Shown here in pieces: positions 14,730 through 28,701 of a stretch of 64,000 nt of DNA (positions within the stretch are counted from its first letter, which is position 1; each line of letters begins with the position of its first letter). Location of the stretch: contig JAAOMT010000040.1 in NCBI GenBank assembly GCA_016748015.1, positions 124,001 through 188,000 of the forward strand. Direction: 5' to 3'. The position numbers and the translations under genes were made by a program. The DNA comes from Geosiphon pyriformis uo1 (lineage: Eukaryota > Fungi > Glomeromycota). The notes beneath the pieces were generated by a model. That model searched no databases and was not told the origin of the DNA. It was given only the letters and a program-made list of their open reading frames with translations.

Positions 14730-16533
14730 ACATATCAGTTTTTTCAACAATTTTTTGGCCAGAGTGGTAAGAATCTTTTTGAATAACAGTTTTTTATTAA
14801 AAAATAGTTTGTTTTGTGTATTTTTTAGTCTTGGCAAGTTTTTTATATTAAGTGTCTTAAGGGCTTTATTGTATTACAAAAAAGTTAATTCTTTAAAAAA
14901 GTTTAATATAGCATTTTGTAACAAACTTCTAAATAAGCAGAATGGAGTTATAGATTGAAAAACATTCTATTATTAAAAGAAACTAGAATTTTAAAGAGCC
15001 AGTACCTTTTTGGTTTGTTTTAATATCAAAATTTTTGTACAATACTAAGTTTGTACTGGCTTTTTTTAGCATAGTTTTTGAATTAAATAATAATAATATT
15101 GTGTTGTTAAATTAGTTTTCAACTTTGAAAGAATGTTTTTTCAAGATCTAATCAAATACAATTACTATGTATACAAATAGTTCATTAAAAAATCTGGGTT
15201 TTTTTACTGTAATTGGTGAAGCTGCCACATATTTTTCCAAAGTTGACTTAGAAATTGATATCAGAGTTAATAAACTACTGTTATTAACAATAGTTAAATT
15301 ACAGACTGTTGCTTTGATTTTGAAATATGTGTCTTTTTTTTATGCTGTAATTGTGTACTTAAACAGCCAGATTGTCATAGATACATATATTTTAAAATTG
15401 AAAATGTTAAGTCCTAATTTTCAAAACTGTTGTTGAATAAAAAGAAAATATATTGTGAATTTAATTGACAGCAAAAATTTTTCAGTAATTTGGTTGAAGA
15501 TTAAAGAACATTCAAACATTTTGAATAATATTTGTGCAAATGTTTTGATAAATGAGATTGTTTGTTTTTGTTTTGTAATATGTATAAACAGTTTATTAAA
15601 GCTAATAGTTTGCCAGTATTTGGTAATACTTACTAAGAAAATAGATCTGGTTTTAAAGTACTAGATGGCTTTTTGATTTGAAAATTTGATTGGATTTGAA
15701 CTATTGTAATTTGATATTTAGATTTACATATATTATTAGATTTTATGAGTAAAATTTTAGCTGGTTTATGTACATATTTTAAGAAAATAATTTATAAGAG
15801 GTTGTTAGTTGCAGTCAAAAAAAAACTTTATGACAAAAAATATCTGGGCATTTTGTGTTTACAGTATAAGAAAGTTGAGTTTTCTGATTATCTATTTATG
15901 TATTCTAAAGAGTCTGATTCTTATATAAAAATTTTGCTTGATCAAATTGTGATTTAAAAATCTCTAACAGAGTCTTGTTTTATATTTTTTTCTATGATTG
16001 TGAAATCTTTTTTCTTATATTTGTTAGATATAGATCTGTAATCACTTTTCTGCAAAAACTTTGTACTTAAAAGTTAATATAGTAAAGTCATATAGATATT
16101 TAAAAATTATAAGAAGACTGTTCAAATTCTGGTTGATTTTGTGCATAATTTGAGTAAATAGCATCATTTTAATTTGTAAGAGTTCAGATCTAAATACAAA
16201 GTGAATATAAAAAAATATAAATTAATTAGTAATTCTAGAATAATATCTAATATGTCTTGTAATTTGGTATTAAATTTGTCTAATAAAATAGTTAAGTTAA
16301 TTGGTATTGATAGGTTTTTTGTAATTAACTTTGGTTTTTACAAACTTTGCTTGTTTTTTTTTAATCTGAATAATGATATAATAGTTTATATAGAGATGTA
16401 ATATTGTCTTAATTGGTTTAAATAACTGGTTATATGTAGTAAGAGCATAAATTACATTTAGCTAAAGTTCTTAGTTTTGATTCTGTATACTAAATAGTGA
16501 TTAAACTGTATTTGTTAAACTTTAATAATAATA

Positions 16534-19086
16534 AAAAAACTTAACAAATTTGTTACATATTTTAATTTTTTATAAATTATTTATTATATAAAACTAATTA
16601 ATTAAATTATATATTTTATAGAATCAATTATAATTTGTAATTTTTTTTAAGATATTTTTTATAATTAAATTTATAATAAATATTAATAAAAAAATAAAAA
16701 TGTTTTTAATACTAAAAAGTTGTTTTCTTAAAAAAATATCAACTTTATTATAAGCAATTAAATAATTTTTTTAATAAAGTTTTTCTAATAGTCTTAACCA
16801 AAATAATTAAACAAATATTAATTATAAAATTGAAAAATTATTAAAATTCAATATGTTTTTACTAAACAAAAACGAATTTTAAAACAAAACAAAAATTTGG
16901 CAAATTTAATAATAAGTTTATAATATATTTATATTATTTTTAAAGTTTATTTAAAATACCAAACAATCTAATAGTCTTGTTATCAAAAAAATTTTTAACA
17001 ATACATAAAAGTTTATCTTGTTTAATTTAATTTATAATACTAGTAAAACATTATTATTAATATGATTAAAAAAAATATATTAATATTGTTAAAAATAAAG
17101 CTATTTTTTAAAAATAAAATTAACAGATAATTTAATATTATTAAGATCTAAAATAAACTTATTATTTATAATCAAATAATTCAAACTCACTTTATAAAAA
17201 AATATTTTAAAATATTACAAATTATATAAAATTTTATCATTAACAAAGTTTTTTATATATTTATTAATTATTATATTGATTTTATTTAATTTAATCTTAT
17301 AAAACTTCAAAAAACAGTAATTTTTTTTAGTTTTAAACAAAGCTAATCTAATAATATTAAAACCAAATTTATTATACATTAGAGTTTAGATTATAAAAGT
17401 TTTTAAAAAATCTATAATTAATTATTTATACTTTTTTTTATTAACGTTTAATGAGTGAGGTCCAAACGTTATTTATACATAAAATAATTGAAATTAAAGT
17501 CTAAATATAAAACAAATAATTTGAAATTTTTAAAAATTAAAAGTTTTAATTCATAAAAACGTAATATTTAAAAGTTTTTTGTATATAATAAGACTTAAAA
17601 AATATTTAATTAACAGTAAAATACATAATGTTTTTTATATTATTTTATATAATATCTAAATTTTTAGCCAATTTAATTTCTTAAAAACATCTAAAATAGT
17701 CATAATTTAAAACAAAAAAACATTTTTAAATTTAATTTACTTAAAATTATTAGTATTTTTAAACTTAAAATTTTATTGATTTTTATTAATTTATTTATAT
17801 AAAGCAAAAAATTGCATATTTAAAAAACTTTTTAAATTAACAAAGATAATTACAGTTTTATAATTTATAGAAAAAATTTTTATATATTAGAAACATTATA
17901 AATAATTATAGTATTGTTAAAAAAAAGAAACATTAAGATAAAATTAATTGTTTTTTTTATATTATATAAGTTTATTTAAGTAAAAGTTTTAATAAATAAA
18001 CTATTAGAAAAAAAATTAACTTAACTTAAATTTAAATATTTTTTAAAATTAATACTGTGTTTTAAATTATTTTTATTAAAATTATTATTCAAAATAACAA
18101 AAATACTTTTATTAATTATTTTAACAATAAATAAATTAACAATTGTAGCTTAATTTAAATATGCACTAAAAAAGTTCTAATATACAAACTTAATTTTGAA
18201 ATTAATATATTGTGTTTAAAAAATAAATAAATTAACAAAAAATAACTAAGTATTTTTATAACTTTAAAAATATGTTTAATAATATTATTATTTATAATGA
18301 CAATAATTTTAGAATTCAAAAAATTTAAATCTAAGTTAAATATAAATATATAAATTTTATTAAACTTGTTTATAATTTAAAACTTAATATTATACTTTAA
18401 TTTAGTTTTTATTATAATAGAAACAAGATTACTATTTTTTTTATATTAATAAATTATATTATTTTGTTTTGTAAAAACATTTATATTTTTAATATAATAT
18501 ATAATAATATTTTAAATTAAACTAGTTATTAAAAAAAGATAAAAAACCAGAATTAGTATTTAAATATCTAATCTTACTAAAACTACATTTATAAAACTTT
18601 TAAAAATTAATATATTAATCTTTAAATTACTTATTTTGATAATAAAAATTTTTAAACTATAATCTAAAAATAGAAATTACTAAAAATATTAAATAAAACA
18701 AAAAATAATACACTTAAAATATTAACTATTATAACTAAATTTACAATAACTAAAAAAATAATAAAAATAAAATAAAATAATAATAAAAAATCAACAAAAA
18801 TACATCTAATTTTTAAAAAATTTTAAAAACTTAATTAGTTAATAATTTTAAAAAGTATTTAAAAATGTTTAAAAAATATTCATTAAAAAAATAAATGACA
18901 AAAAAACAATAACAACAACATTAAATATAAAAAAATTCCAGAAAAACAAATAAAAAAAGCATTAAAATAGTTATTACTAATTATTTATGCTCAAAATAAA
19001 TTATTAAAAAATATTAGCCAAGCAATTAAAACTGTTTTTTGGCATAAATAACAAAAAGTTTGTATTTATTTAAATCTGAAAAAAGT
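16534..19086 (-). mobile_element. LINE A, middle part (proximal RT, APE, end of ORF1)
   Basis: Minus-strand relics IKICNKF, NLVSIIIKTKLK (cf. NMVSFITETKLR) and IYAKKQ. Continuous with the 4647-8029 piece across the TSD of B. Confidence 0.72.
17432..17468 (-). mobile_element. 37-bp 5'-truncated LINE insertion (3' terminus plus poly(A))
   Basis: tttttttt-attaacgtttaatgagtgaggtccaaacg matches the 3' end of LINE F (51141-51178). Exact 10-bp TSD ttatttatac at 17422-17431 and 17469-17478. Confidence 0.85.
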
Positions 19087-19230
19087 AATTAATACTAAAT
19101 TGGTCTTTTTTTTATCAATCCCCCAACTATGACAAGAGTGAATAATTTTTTCTTGAAGCTGTAATATTCTTTTTCTTCTTTCCCTTTGTTCTTACCAGTT
19201 ATTTCTTCAAGCATATCTGTATTTGTTGTG

Positions 19231-21267
19231 ATGGAGCCAGTAAACATGTCTGCTGGTGGGTCTGGCACTGGTTCAACTGATTTGGGGACCCATTTGAGTG
19301 CAAAAAAACACTGTGTAGATAACATCTACTCCTATAGTGCATTTCATAAGAAGCTAAAAAAGCCTGTTGCCAATGATACTGTCAACTCATCTGCTGGCCT
19401 TTTGAGCATGGGTGACTTTGTCAGCACTGGTGTCAAACCTGTAGTGTCTTGAAGTAGTGAGGTGAGTAGCATTGTGAGTAGTATTAGTGGTCTTTCTGAT
19501 GTTGAGAACATAAAAAACATGGTGGCAGAAAAAACGAGCTATGCAGATTTGGATGCTTTAGTTGAATATAAGAATATGGATAACACTACTCTTAGAAAGA
19601 CTCAAACTTGTACTTACGTGTTGAGCCATCTGCTAAAGCAGCCTTTGTTTGATTGTATGAGTAACAATGATAGCATTCTGAAGCTTCCTCTATACATAAA
19701 AGCTGGATTCAATCAGGTGTTACTGTCTGGGTCATGTGCTCCAGATATGTGTAGTTTTAATTTAACCAAATCTTTTACACTTAATATTGAGCTTTCTGCA
19801 GTACCTGGTAAATCTGTTGGTGATAAGTTAATTTCAATCAAAAAAATTTTTTATAGAATTGATGGTTTTGGGGGAGCTTCTACTTCTTCAAAATTCCCAG
19901 AGATCATTAAATCTTCATTTACATCTGAATCTAGTTTAAATAAGGCTAAGAAATTGACAATGTGTAAAAAAATTATGGTTAATGATGATTTAAGAAAGGT
20001 AAACAACTGTTCAGATTAGGAGGTAATCATCAAGGAGATTCCAGTCAATCTTCCCAAATCGGCTGTGGAATCTGTGTTTTCTAAGTTTAGAAAGATTGTA
20101 TCAATCAAAATGCAATTGATTAGTCTGTGGCAAAAAGCTTTGGTCGAATATGAATCATTTGAAATTACTGAATTGGTCACAGCTAATTGGTCTATCACCA
20201 TAGGAAAAGATTCTGTTCAGGTGGCAAAAGCCATTGGTGACAAACAATCATGGGTTTCAAGAGATCAGCATAGGACTTTGCTTTATACTTTGCCAGTTGG
20301 CACCACTGCTTATGATTTGTCTGGTTTATTGGATTCATATGGTGAGAAAATCTGTTTTATTGGCCATAATTCCAATTCCTATGTATGTGACAGATGTGCT
20401 GTAGTTTGTTTTGCTGATGAAGCATCCAAGTTGGCTGCTATTAGTTTTGTTCCGGTTTTTAAAAGTGTGAATTTGCAATGGGCTGGTCTTTTTTTGGCTT
20501 GTTGCACCAAATATAAACAATTTGGTCATATATCTGATGTGTGTTTGGTTGGTGGGAATTCTGGAATTTATGGGAAGCAAGTGGTGATTGATCAGAATTG
20601 GGTTTGCCTGGCCAACATTTATAAAAGGAAGCAGGCATCTATTATTCATCCAGTTTCCTTTGGTGGCAAAACTTGGGCTCAAGTTGCAGGTGGTTTCTCT
20701 TCTCTTTTGGGTTTTTCATTTCCTTTAGGTGCTAGTCCATCTCCTGACACTAAACTTTCTATTGGTGTTTGGTCCTTTTCTAGCAGTGCCAATCCAGATG
20801 GTGTCTTTAGTTTGTTCAATTGCTTGGCGTTTTTGGAATGGTCTTTGGAGCTTTTAACTAATCAGGTTTCTGATATTGTAAGAAAGTTAAGCTTTGTAGA
20901 ACTAGTGCTTTTGCCATCTGTTTCTCATGAGCTTCCTTTGGCTGTTTTTACATCTTTGGCTCTAGAAGTTAACTCAGATATGGTTTTGGATGGTGCACCA
21001 GAGCCTTCTGCTTTCTCTTTTTCTACTGTTGTTAATGATACTTCTGGTTTTAATTTGAGTAGCTCCAAGATTCTAACCACCAAGGTGGGTGGATTAGAGT
21101 TAAAGATGATGTCTTTGAAAGCTTCAATTAATTTAGTGTTGAACAGATTGAATTATTTGTGTTCTGGTTCTGGCTCTCTATTACCTTTTTCATTCCTATG
21201 GAAGATTTGGTTTAGAAATTTGCTATATGCAACATTCGAAGTATCAATGTTCTTGCAAAGCAAGTAG
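19231..21267 (+). pseudogene. LINE C ORF1 (RRM-like regions, CCHC knuckle, coiled coil)
   Basis: VIIKEIPVNL..FSKF..IKMQL..WQKALVEY, LLYTLPVGTTA..KICFIG..CAVVCF, and decayed knuckle CTKYKQFGHISDVC. In-frame stops. Confidence 0.85.
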
Positions 21268-24200
21268 ATGTTGTTTGCTGGCATATAAGTTCTGGAAATA
21301 TGGTTTCTTTTATTACTGAGACAAAGTTAAGGTCTTTTTCTGGGCTTTGGATCAAGAATAAATATGATGGAGTTCGGATTTTTACTTTTGGTTTGGATGT
21401 TGGGTATCTTGGTGCTGGTGTTGCTGTTGTTATAAACAATTTTTTGACTCATCATGTTTCTAAGGTTGAAGTGGTTCTTGGTTGAGTTATTTTGGTGTGG
21501 CTTCTGTTCAAGAGCAAGCTCTTAGTGTCTGTTCTCAGTTTGTACATTGGTGCTTTTGCTGGTGTCCGTTTTGGACAAACATCTGAGATTAACTCTATTA
21601 TTGTAAAGACTGTTAACACCAGTACTTTTGTGGTCTTGGGTGGGGATTTTAATGAATGTGGGTCTGGAAGAAGTGTGAGTTTCAAGTTTTGCTCAAGTTT
21701 GAATCTGGTTAATTCATTTAATGGCTATTATTTGATTAAGGCTCCTACATGGTGCAATTTAAAAGGTGCTGAGAGAACTATTGATTACATTTTTGTTAGT
21801 GAGAGTCTATTTTCCACTGTTGTGAAATATTGGGTCAGTTTTGTTTCTGATTTCTTTGATATGGACCACAATGTTGTAGTGATATCAGTTGGTCTGGGTG
21901 AACTCTTGGATGTTCAGTTAAATGGTTTGTGCAAACAAGCTAACAAGGATCATTGGAAGTTCAAAATTAAGAATGCAGACAGTACTGGATGGTCTTGCTT
22001 TAGGAATTGCTCCTCTGTCAGGATTCTGATAATAAAGAATAGGTTTTTCGCTGCTGCTGTGGGTCATAATTTAGATGTTATGTGGTTACTACTGGAAGGG
22101 GCATTGGTGGATTTTGTAGATAAGGTCTTTTTTAGGCTTTGGTTCAGTGATTTTCAGTGTTCAAAAAATAAGTGGTCTTCTAAATTTCTGGGATTGGAGT
22201 TGTTGGTTGCCAAAATTGTCAAGAGGTTGAAATTTGATGACACTTTTGGGTTCAATTACCTTGTTGAAAAATGGTCAATTTTAGATGCTGATAAGGCTCT
22301 TGTGTTGAGGAACATGGTTCATGCTAATCAAAAAATGATAGATGTTTTTAAATATTTGTCAATTGTCAGAAAAGGATATAGAAAATCCAAAATGTATGAA
22401 TTGAAATTAGCGCAAGAGACTTCTATTAGAGCAGCTATTGAAAAACACATGGAGAAGTTTTGTTCAGACAAGGGCAGTATGATCAAAAGTGTTTTAAATA
22501 GACCCTTTTGGAAGGTGGTGTTGGATCACTTGGTGGTTGATAATAAGCTGGTGTTGGATCCAGATGGGATAAGATTGAATGTTGATAGGATCATGAAAGG
22601 TTGAACAAGAAAATGTGTGGTGTTTTCTGCACTGTTTAATCTCTGGGCTTGCTAGTATGTGTTATTGGATTATGTTAGAGATAATGCTTTTTTTGGTGTG
22701 ATGGATGCAATTAGCATGAGTAAGTTGCTTGTAGTTGTTGGTGGTCTGCCTGATGGCAAAGCCACTGGCTTGTCTAACATTTTGAACAAACTTTAGAAGC
22801 ATGGTAGTGAAAGTATGATAGAGTGTCTTTTGATGCTATTGAATGAATGTTTCTTTGTTGGTATGGTGCCTGCTTTGTGAAAGAAAGCATGAGTTTTGAT
22901 AATTCCTAAACTTTATGATTGGGATGGAATTCTTACGAATACCCACCCTATTGTTTTAATTGAGATAGCCAGAAAGATTCTTTCCAAGATTCTTTCTGAT
23001 CAAATTTTTTTCACTTGCAGCAAGTTTGGTGTTCTCTGTGGTGACAATTTTTCAGTGTTAAAGGATACCTCTACTCAGGTTCTGGTGTTTGCTGTTGGGT
23101 CAGTAGTTGAAGATGCTTTTGAGAAAAATAAGAAACTTTGGTTGGTTTTGCAGAATATGTGTAAGGTATATGATTCTGTTAGTTGGCACTACTTAAAAAC
23201 TAGCCTGTGGCATATCAAGATGTGTAACAGATTTATCAAATTTTTTGGCAGTATCTATAAAGATAAGATTAACAGGGTGATAACCAATTTTGGCCTCTCA
23301 AATAGTTATAAGGTACATGATGATTTGGATCAGAGTGAGGTTTTTTCACTCCTTCTTTGGAGGATTTTTTATGATTCACTATTGTGTAAAGTTAAAAAGC
23401 ATGAACATCTATGTGAGTACTGAATTAATACTAAGTTTGTGGCTAAATTGGGCAGAGTTGAAAGTAGTGGTGGAATGTCTTCCTTTTTTGTGACTGGAGC
23501 ATTTGTTGATGATACCATTTGGGTCAGAAACTGTTAAGCATCAATACAGTATGCCTTGGACATTGCTAATGAATTTTTTTCAATTAATGATATTTCTATC
23601 AATAGTAAAAAAACTGGTCATTCTTATTAATTAAGGTGTCAAGGTTGCTTCTTTGAATATTAATGGGCAGCCAATTTCTATTGCCAAAAAGGCAAAACAC
23701 ACAGATATTTGGGAATTTTTTTGTCAACAGAGGGCTTGTCTAGGCCTAGTTTGGCCAAGACTTATTTAGATATTTGTTTTTTTGCCAATGTAGCGCTCAG
23801 GAAAGCTATCATGGATAAGTAGTTCTCATATTTAGTGTTGGCTGTCTTACAGCCCATTGTCAACTATCGTACTCAATTCAGCTTTGTTTTTTTGAATGTG
23901 TACTGCAAGTGGGATGTTTTGGTTAGAAAAGACTTTAAGCTTAAAGCTGGTCTTTTTCATGACTTTTCTGATGCAGCTTTGCATCATCTCTTATTGTATG
24001 GCCTGAAATCTTTCAAGCAGATATAGGCTAAGAGCAAATTGGCTACTGTGGTTATGTTTTCTAATGCTTTGGACATTTTGGGGTATTTGTTTGATCATAG
24101 ATTCTTGGATTTGCAGGTTCTAAGTTGGGCTCTTTTGGATCCCCTGCAATTCTCTGTCAAGTTACATGTTAGTTCTGTGAACAATTTTTTGACTGGTGTG

Positions 24201-25886
24201 GTTAAGATTTTTTTGGGTAATGAGCTATTCCTGGCAAATAACCTGCCTTGCACTTTTCATAATCTTGGTAATTTTCCTATGTCATTGGTGCTAGGGAGTG
24301 CTTCTTACTTTGGTTCTGTTCATTTTTTGAAGCAGTTTGGTGTTGCCTTTGGAGACAGGTTGCTTGACAAAAAGAGTCATGTGATGGATTGGAAGACTTT
24401 TTGCCAGTAGAAAAGGCTTGACCCAAGAGGGCCTGTCCCTCATTGGTGCAAGTTCACATCTGGGTTTTTGCATGATAATGGTGCTTTGTCATCTGGTCTG
24501 GCTAGAGTCAATCAACTTTCTGGTTTGGACATTCTGGCTTCTGAGAAGTTTTCTGATTTGCATAGTAGTTTACACAAATTATGATCTGGTTTTTTTAAGA
24601 TTTTTACAGATGGTTCACTAAAAAATTTTGGCTTTTCTAGTGTTGCTGGTGGTGCTGCTGCATATTTTCTTGCTATTAACTATAGTATTAGTGTTAAAGT
24701 CTATGGTTTAATGTCTTTTATCTTGGCCAAGTTGCAGGCTGTTGCTTTGGCATTGGAATGTGTTTCATTTTCTAGTGTGGTGACAGTATACCTTGATAGC
24801 CAAGCTGTCATTGATGCATGTGTCTCTGAGTTGTCTCATCTGATGCCTGATTTCCAGGTTCTGTGCTGGGTGGAAAGACATTACATTTTTAATTTGATTA
24901 GAGAGAAAGATTTAAGCATGAGTTGGATCAAAGTTAAAGGTTATTCTGGTGTTTATGGCAACATTAAAGCTGATGCTGCTGCTGGTGCTGTTACATGTTC
25001 TTGGTTTTCCTTGTCTATTGGAGTGCGGAAACAGCTTTTGATTGCTGAGAGTACAGTTATGTCTGACAATGCCTGCCATTTTGTTAGGGATCTGTTTAGG
25101 TTTGTGTGTCAGGCATGTTGGGAGGCTGAGTCTGGTTGTGATGTGATTCAGAGTAGTTTGATCAAATGTATAGACTAGAGTGCTACCTTAAGAGTGTGGC
25201 ACTCTGATTTATACATGCTTACTGGGTCTATTAGCTGGAAGTCTTCTGTGCTATAGTCATATTTGATGAAGGCTGTACACCATCAACTTCCTGTGGTTGT
25301 TCGAAAGAAGTTGTATAATAAAAGTTACCTTGGTGTGCTGTGCTTGTTGTGTAGGGAGGTAGAGTTGCCCAATCATGTGTTTTCTTGTGTCATGAATGCT
25401 GGTGTCCAAGATGAGATCCTTGCTAAGGCCACTGTATTTTGGGTTTCTTTGGTGAGTTCTTATGTCTTGTTCTCTTCTGCTGTTCTGCAGTTTTTTAGTC
25501 ATTGTTTCTTGGATGTTGGCTTGTATTTGGCTCTGTGTAAGAGATTTGTCATAAGTGATTGGTGCTTAAAAGCTGTTGAGATTTTTGAAGTTAGGAAGAT
25601 GGCTGTTGGTGTTGTTGTCAATTTTATAAGGAGTATTGTTAAGCTAGACTGTAGTAGGGTCTGGCTGGTAAGATCTAGTTATAGGGTAAGCATGGAAAAA
25701 ACTGGTTCAGTTAAGGATGATGGGGTGTTATCAGGTTTGTCATGTTGTAAGACATCTGTGTTGTCTAATGGCATAATTCAGATACTTGGTGTTTTGGGTT
25801 CTTTTTCTGTTAGCTTTGGCTGTCATAGGCCTAAACTTTTCTTTTCTGGTTTGGATTTTAGTTCTCATGTCATTATAGATATGTAG
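21198..25886 (+). pseudogene. LINE C ORF2 (APE, RT, RNase H, Zn finger)
   Basis: GGDFN / TIDY / DMDH (APE). NTHPIVLIE, DLDQSEVFSLLLWRIFYD, AFVDD (RT). FTDGS, YLDSQ, WIKVKGYSGVYGNIKAD (RNase H). CLLC-x8-HVFSC. Many stops. Confidence 0.9.
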
Positions 25887-27087
25887 TATTGCCTTGTTTG
25901 GCCTGAGTGGCTAGCCACATATAGTAAGTGCGTGAGCTGCATTTAGTCTGGGCCTCTTAGTTTGGCTCTGTATACTAGGCAGCAGTTGGGCTTCACTCGT
26001 AAAATGCATAATAAAAAAAAAAAGTTTTTTAATTTTAAATCTAAAAATTAATAAGATATTAAAATTATATACTGATAAAACATGACCAAAATTTTTATAT
26101 ACTAAACAAAAAATAATAATTTTATCTATTTTAAATTGAATTTTCTAAAGATTAAAATAATAATTAAATTTATTATTAAATTATTTCTAAACTTAAAACA
26201 AACAGTTATATATTTTGTATATATATAAATAATTAAATAATAATTAATTATATATGTTTTTTTATTAATTAATTTTAAAGAGTTTTATAAATTATTGGCA
26301 AAATATAAAGCATAAATTTTTTTTTTATTAGCTTAACAAGTAAAATCCAAACACTACCTAGTGCTATATATCAAAGAAATAATCTAAACTAGGCATAAAT
26401 TATGTATTTTCCACACATAACTAGCCACTTGGGCTAATCAGAACAACATTACGCCACTATGTGAACTGAAACTGAGTTATTTACACCAAAGAAAAATAAA
26501 CAAGATTTGCGAAAGCCAAAATAAACACCAAAAGCATCAGCAATACCAAACAATTTGACCACCCTAATTGACAACTCTGAAGCCAAACCAAAAACTAAGA
26601 CAAGAACCAAACCATCGAGAATTAACTCATTCTTCTCTATGTAAGCATGATGTTTGACACAAACTGACCAGACATCACTTCTAAAAGCAAGACTAAGAGA
26701 GTGCACAAATTTAACAATCTCCAAACCAGCAATCTTGGGATTATAAAAAACAGTGACTGCTTCACAAAACCAATTATTAAAAACAAAACTCTTAAAGAGC
26801 ACTATGGACAAAGAGGAATCAGAAAAACATGAAAACAACAGTTGAAGTATATTTAAAGAAGAATAAGAGAAACCAGAAACCACCTTCCAAGAGTCCACAT
26901 GGAATTCCAACAACTGATGTTGAACAGAATTATCAATCTTACAAGCAAACACATGATCTGAAGCTTCTATATTGTCACAATATAAGCACAACACACTAGG
27001 ATATAATCTATTATAAAGGCGCTTCCAAATGGCAACTGGCAGCTGGTGGTATAAAGTCTTCATGAAATAAGTGCATGCATTAGCTGA

Positions 27088-28055
27088 TGTTACTGGAGGT
27101 TTTTGGTCTCTTTTCTTAAATGTTGGTAATGTTGATTTGCTGTGAATTCACGTTTTTAGGAAGTAGTTGAACCTCCAATAACTGAATTTATCTTCAAATT
27201 ATCTCCTATAATTTGAACTGCTGGGCTTATAAGTGGAATGGCCAATTCCTTGCCAGTTACTTTATGTAGTTACGTTGTAGTAAATGTCAACTCTTTCCCA
27301 GGAATTGCTCATCTGAAAGCTCACTAAAATGTATAGTTATTTTGCTGTGAAAGTCAACTCTTCTACAGGAATCTTGTCTGTAGGCTACTCTAATGATTGT
27401 AATAAGAAAAAAAAAAAAAAAAAAAAAAAATAAAAGAAATAGAATTTTGTCAAGAGAAACGTTTTCTATCCAGGCCTGGAGTCACTAACAGTTTACTGAA
27501 ATTGGTNNNNNNNNNNNNNNNNNNNNNNNNNNNNNNNNNNNNNNNNNNNNNNNNNNNNNNNNNNNNNNNNNNNNNNNNNNNNNNNNNNNNNNNNNNNNNN
27601 NNNNNNNNNNNNNNNNNNNNNNNNNNNNNNNNNNNNNNNNNNNNNNNNNNNNNNNNNNNNNNNNNNNNNNNNNTTCTTTTATACAACTTGTTGTAGTACT
27701 AGTCTATGAACTTGCACTTTTTCTTTTTGCTCAAATTTCGGTGAACTAAAGATACATTTTGATAAACTACAAGTTATTTCGCTGAACTATTGATTAATTT
27801 GGGTGAACTATTCATAATTTCGGCAAATTTCTGTAAATTTCGGCGAATTTTTGAATGTTACAAAGTTCAGGGTATTGTGTAATTTGATCATCCTACTTTC
27901 TGTTATACTAATTAGATTATTTTAATTGAATCGTAATATGTGATAATTGATTAGATAATAAATGATAATTTGAAATGATATTAATATACTAATGAATTAT
28001 AGGAATTATAAGGGTAATTTCATGCTAATTAATAGCTAAAATTCTACTGGTAACA
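27088..28055 (-). repeat. 3' LTR (968 bp including a 167-N gap)
   Basis: TGTTAC...GTAACA termini; direct repeat of 35994-36963. Confidence 0.95.
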
Positions 28056-28701
28056 TAATCTCCTCCTTAAGACTGAGTTCCATTGAAGTCCAAGCACTAT
28101 CTGTAATATTGAGATAGTAATCTAAAATAATTGAAGTAATCTGGTCTGAAAATTGTTGAAATTTCAGTTCTGTGAGTTTGCCAATGTATTGGACTTTCAT
28201 TGGTTACAGTATTGGATTTTGTAGAACATTTTTACAAGTATTAAACAAGTCATAGAGTCTAAGAGCTGCTCTAAGTTTGTAGCAAGTGTTTGTTGGTCCA
28301 GCTGCTGTTTTGAATTCATTGTGGATTTGTTTTTGTATAACTTCAAAAGTGAGATTTGTTGCTTCAAGTTCCAGTTTTTGTTCATAAAGTGTTTTTCCAA
28401 TTTGAAAGTATTTATAGATAGGGGTGTGTTCATTGTTCTGTTCATTAAGAAGTAGTAGAAGTTTTTGTTGTATTGTAGTATTTGGTGAAATGTCAATAGG
28501 GGCAATTAAAAGATTTTCTTCTAGTGTCTGCTTCACAAGTCTTGGTAATCTATTCTCAGAGTGACTTCTTGTTTTTCTTCTATAGGGATGATAGTTCTGT
28601 AAATAATTTGCTACTGGGGCTGTGGTTTCTTTTTGAATGTAATTAATTTGACTTCTATTAATCATTATAGATAAGTCAGGGAGTGTTTTCAAGGCTAACA
28701 T
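28036..28701 (-). pseudogene. Extra 3' ORF of the Gypsy element (~221 codons, one internal TAA), function unknown
   Basis: The track ORF 28204-28701 continues in frame past one stop as PMKVQYIGKLTELKFQQFSDQITSIILDYYLNITDSAWTSMELSLKEEIMLPVEF*, ending inside the LTR. Confidence 0.7.
28059..28068 (-). promoter_or_regulatory. Polypurine tract
   Basis: AAGGAGGAGA on the minus strand, 3 nt before the 3' LTR. Confidence 0.8.

Larger units (their letters stand above)
8030..16533 (+). mobile_element. LINE B, full length and degraded, nested in LINE A
   Basis: 12-bp TSD aaaaaacttaac (8018-8029 / 16534-16545) and poly(A) tail. ORF1 relics (KKSFTLNINLSAL), RT relics (WLVLQNMHKTY), RNase H (MYTNSSL...YLNSQ) and C-terminal CLQY..FSDYLF. 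Confidence 0.88.
19087..26023 (+). mobile_element. LINE C, full length and pseudogenised, nested in ORF1 of LINE A
   Basis: 5'UTR homologous to that of D, ORF1, ORF2, 3'UTR and poly(A) ending at 26023. Possible short TSD aaaaaagt (weak). ORF1 of A resumes after 26023 (YKNFGHVL). Confidence 0.92.

Noticed and set aside
1-19100. Organellar or endosymbiont origin of the very AT-rich DNA
   Set aside because: It aligns to LINE and LTR copies in the same window, and the neighbouring genes have spliceosomal introns.
27450-27696. ORFs with X runs
   Set aside because: Produced by the N gap.
28036-28701. Calling the 3' ORF an envelope gene
   Set aside because: No visible signal peptide, fusion peptide or transmembrane anchor.
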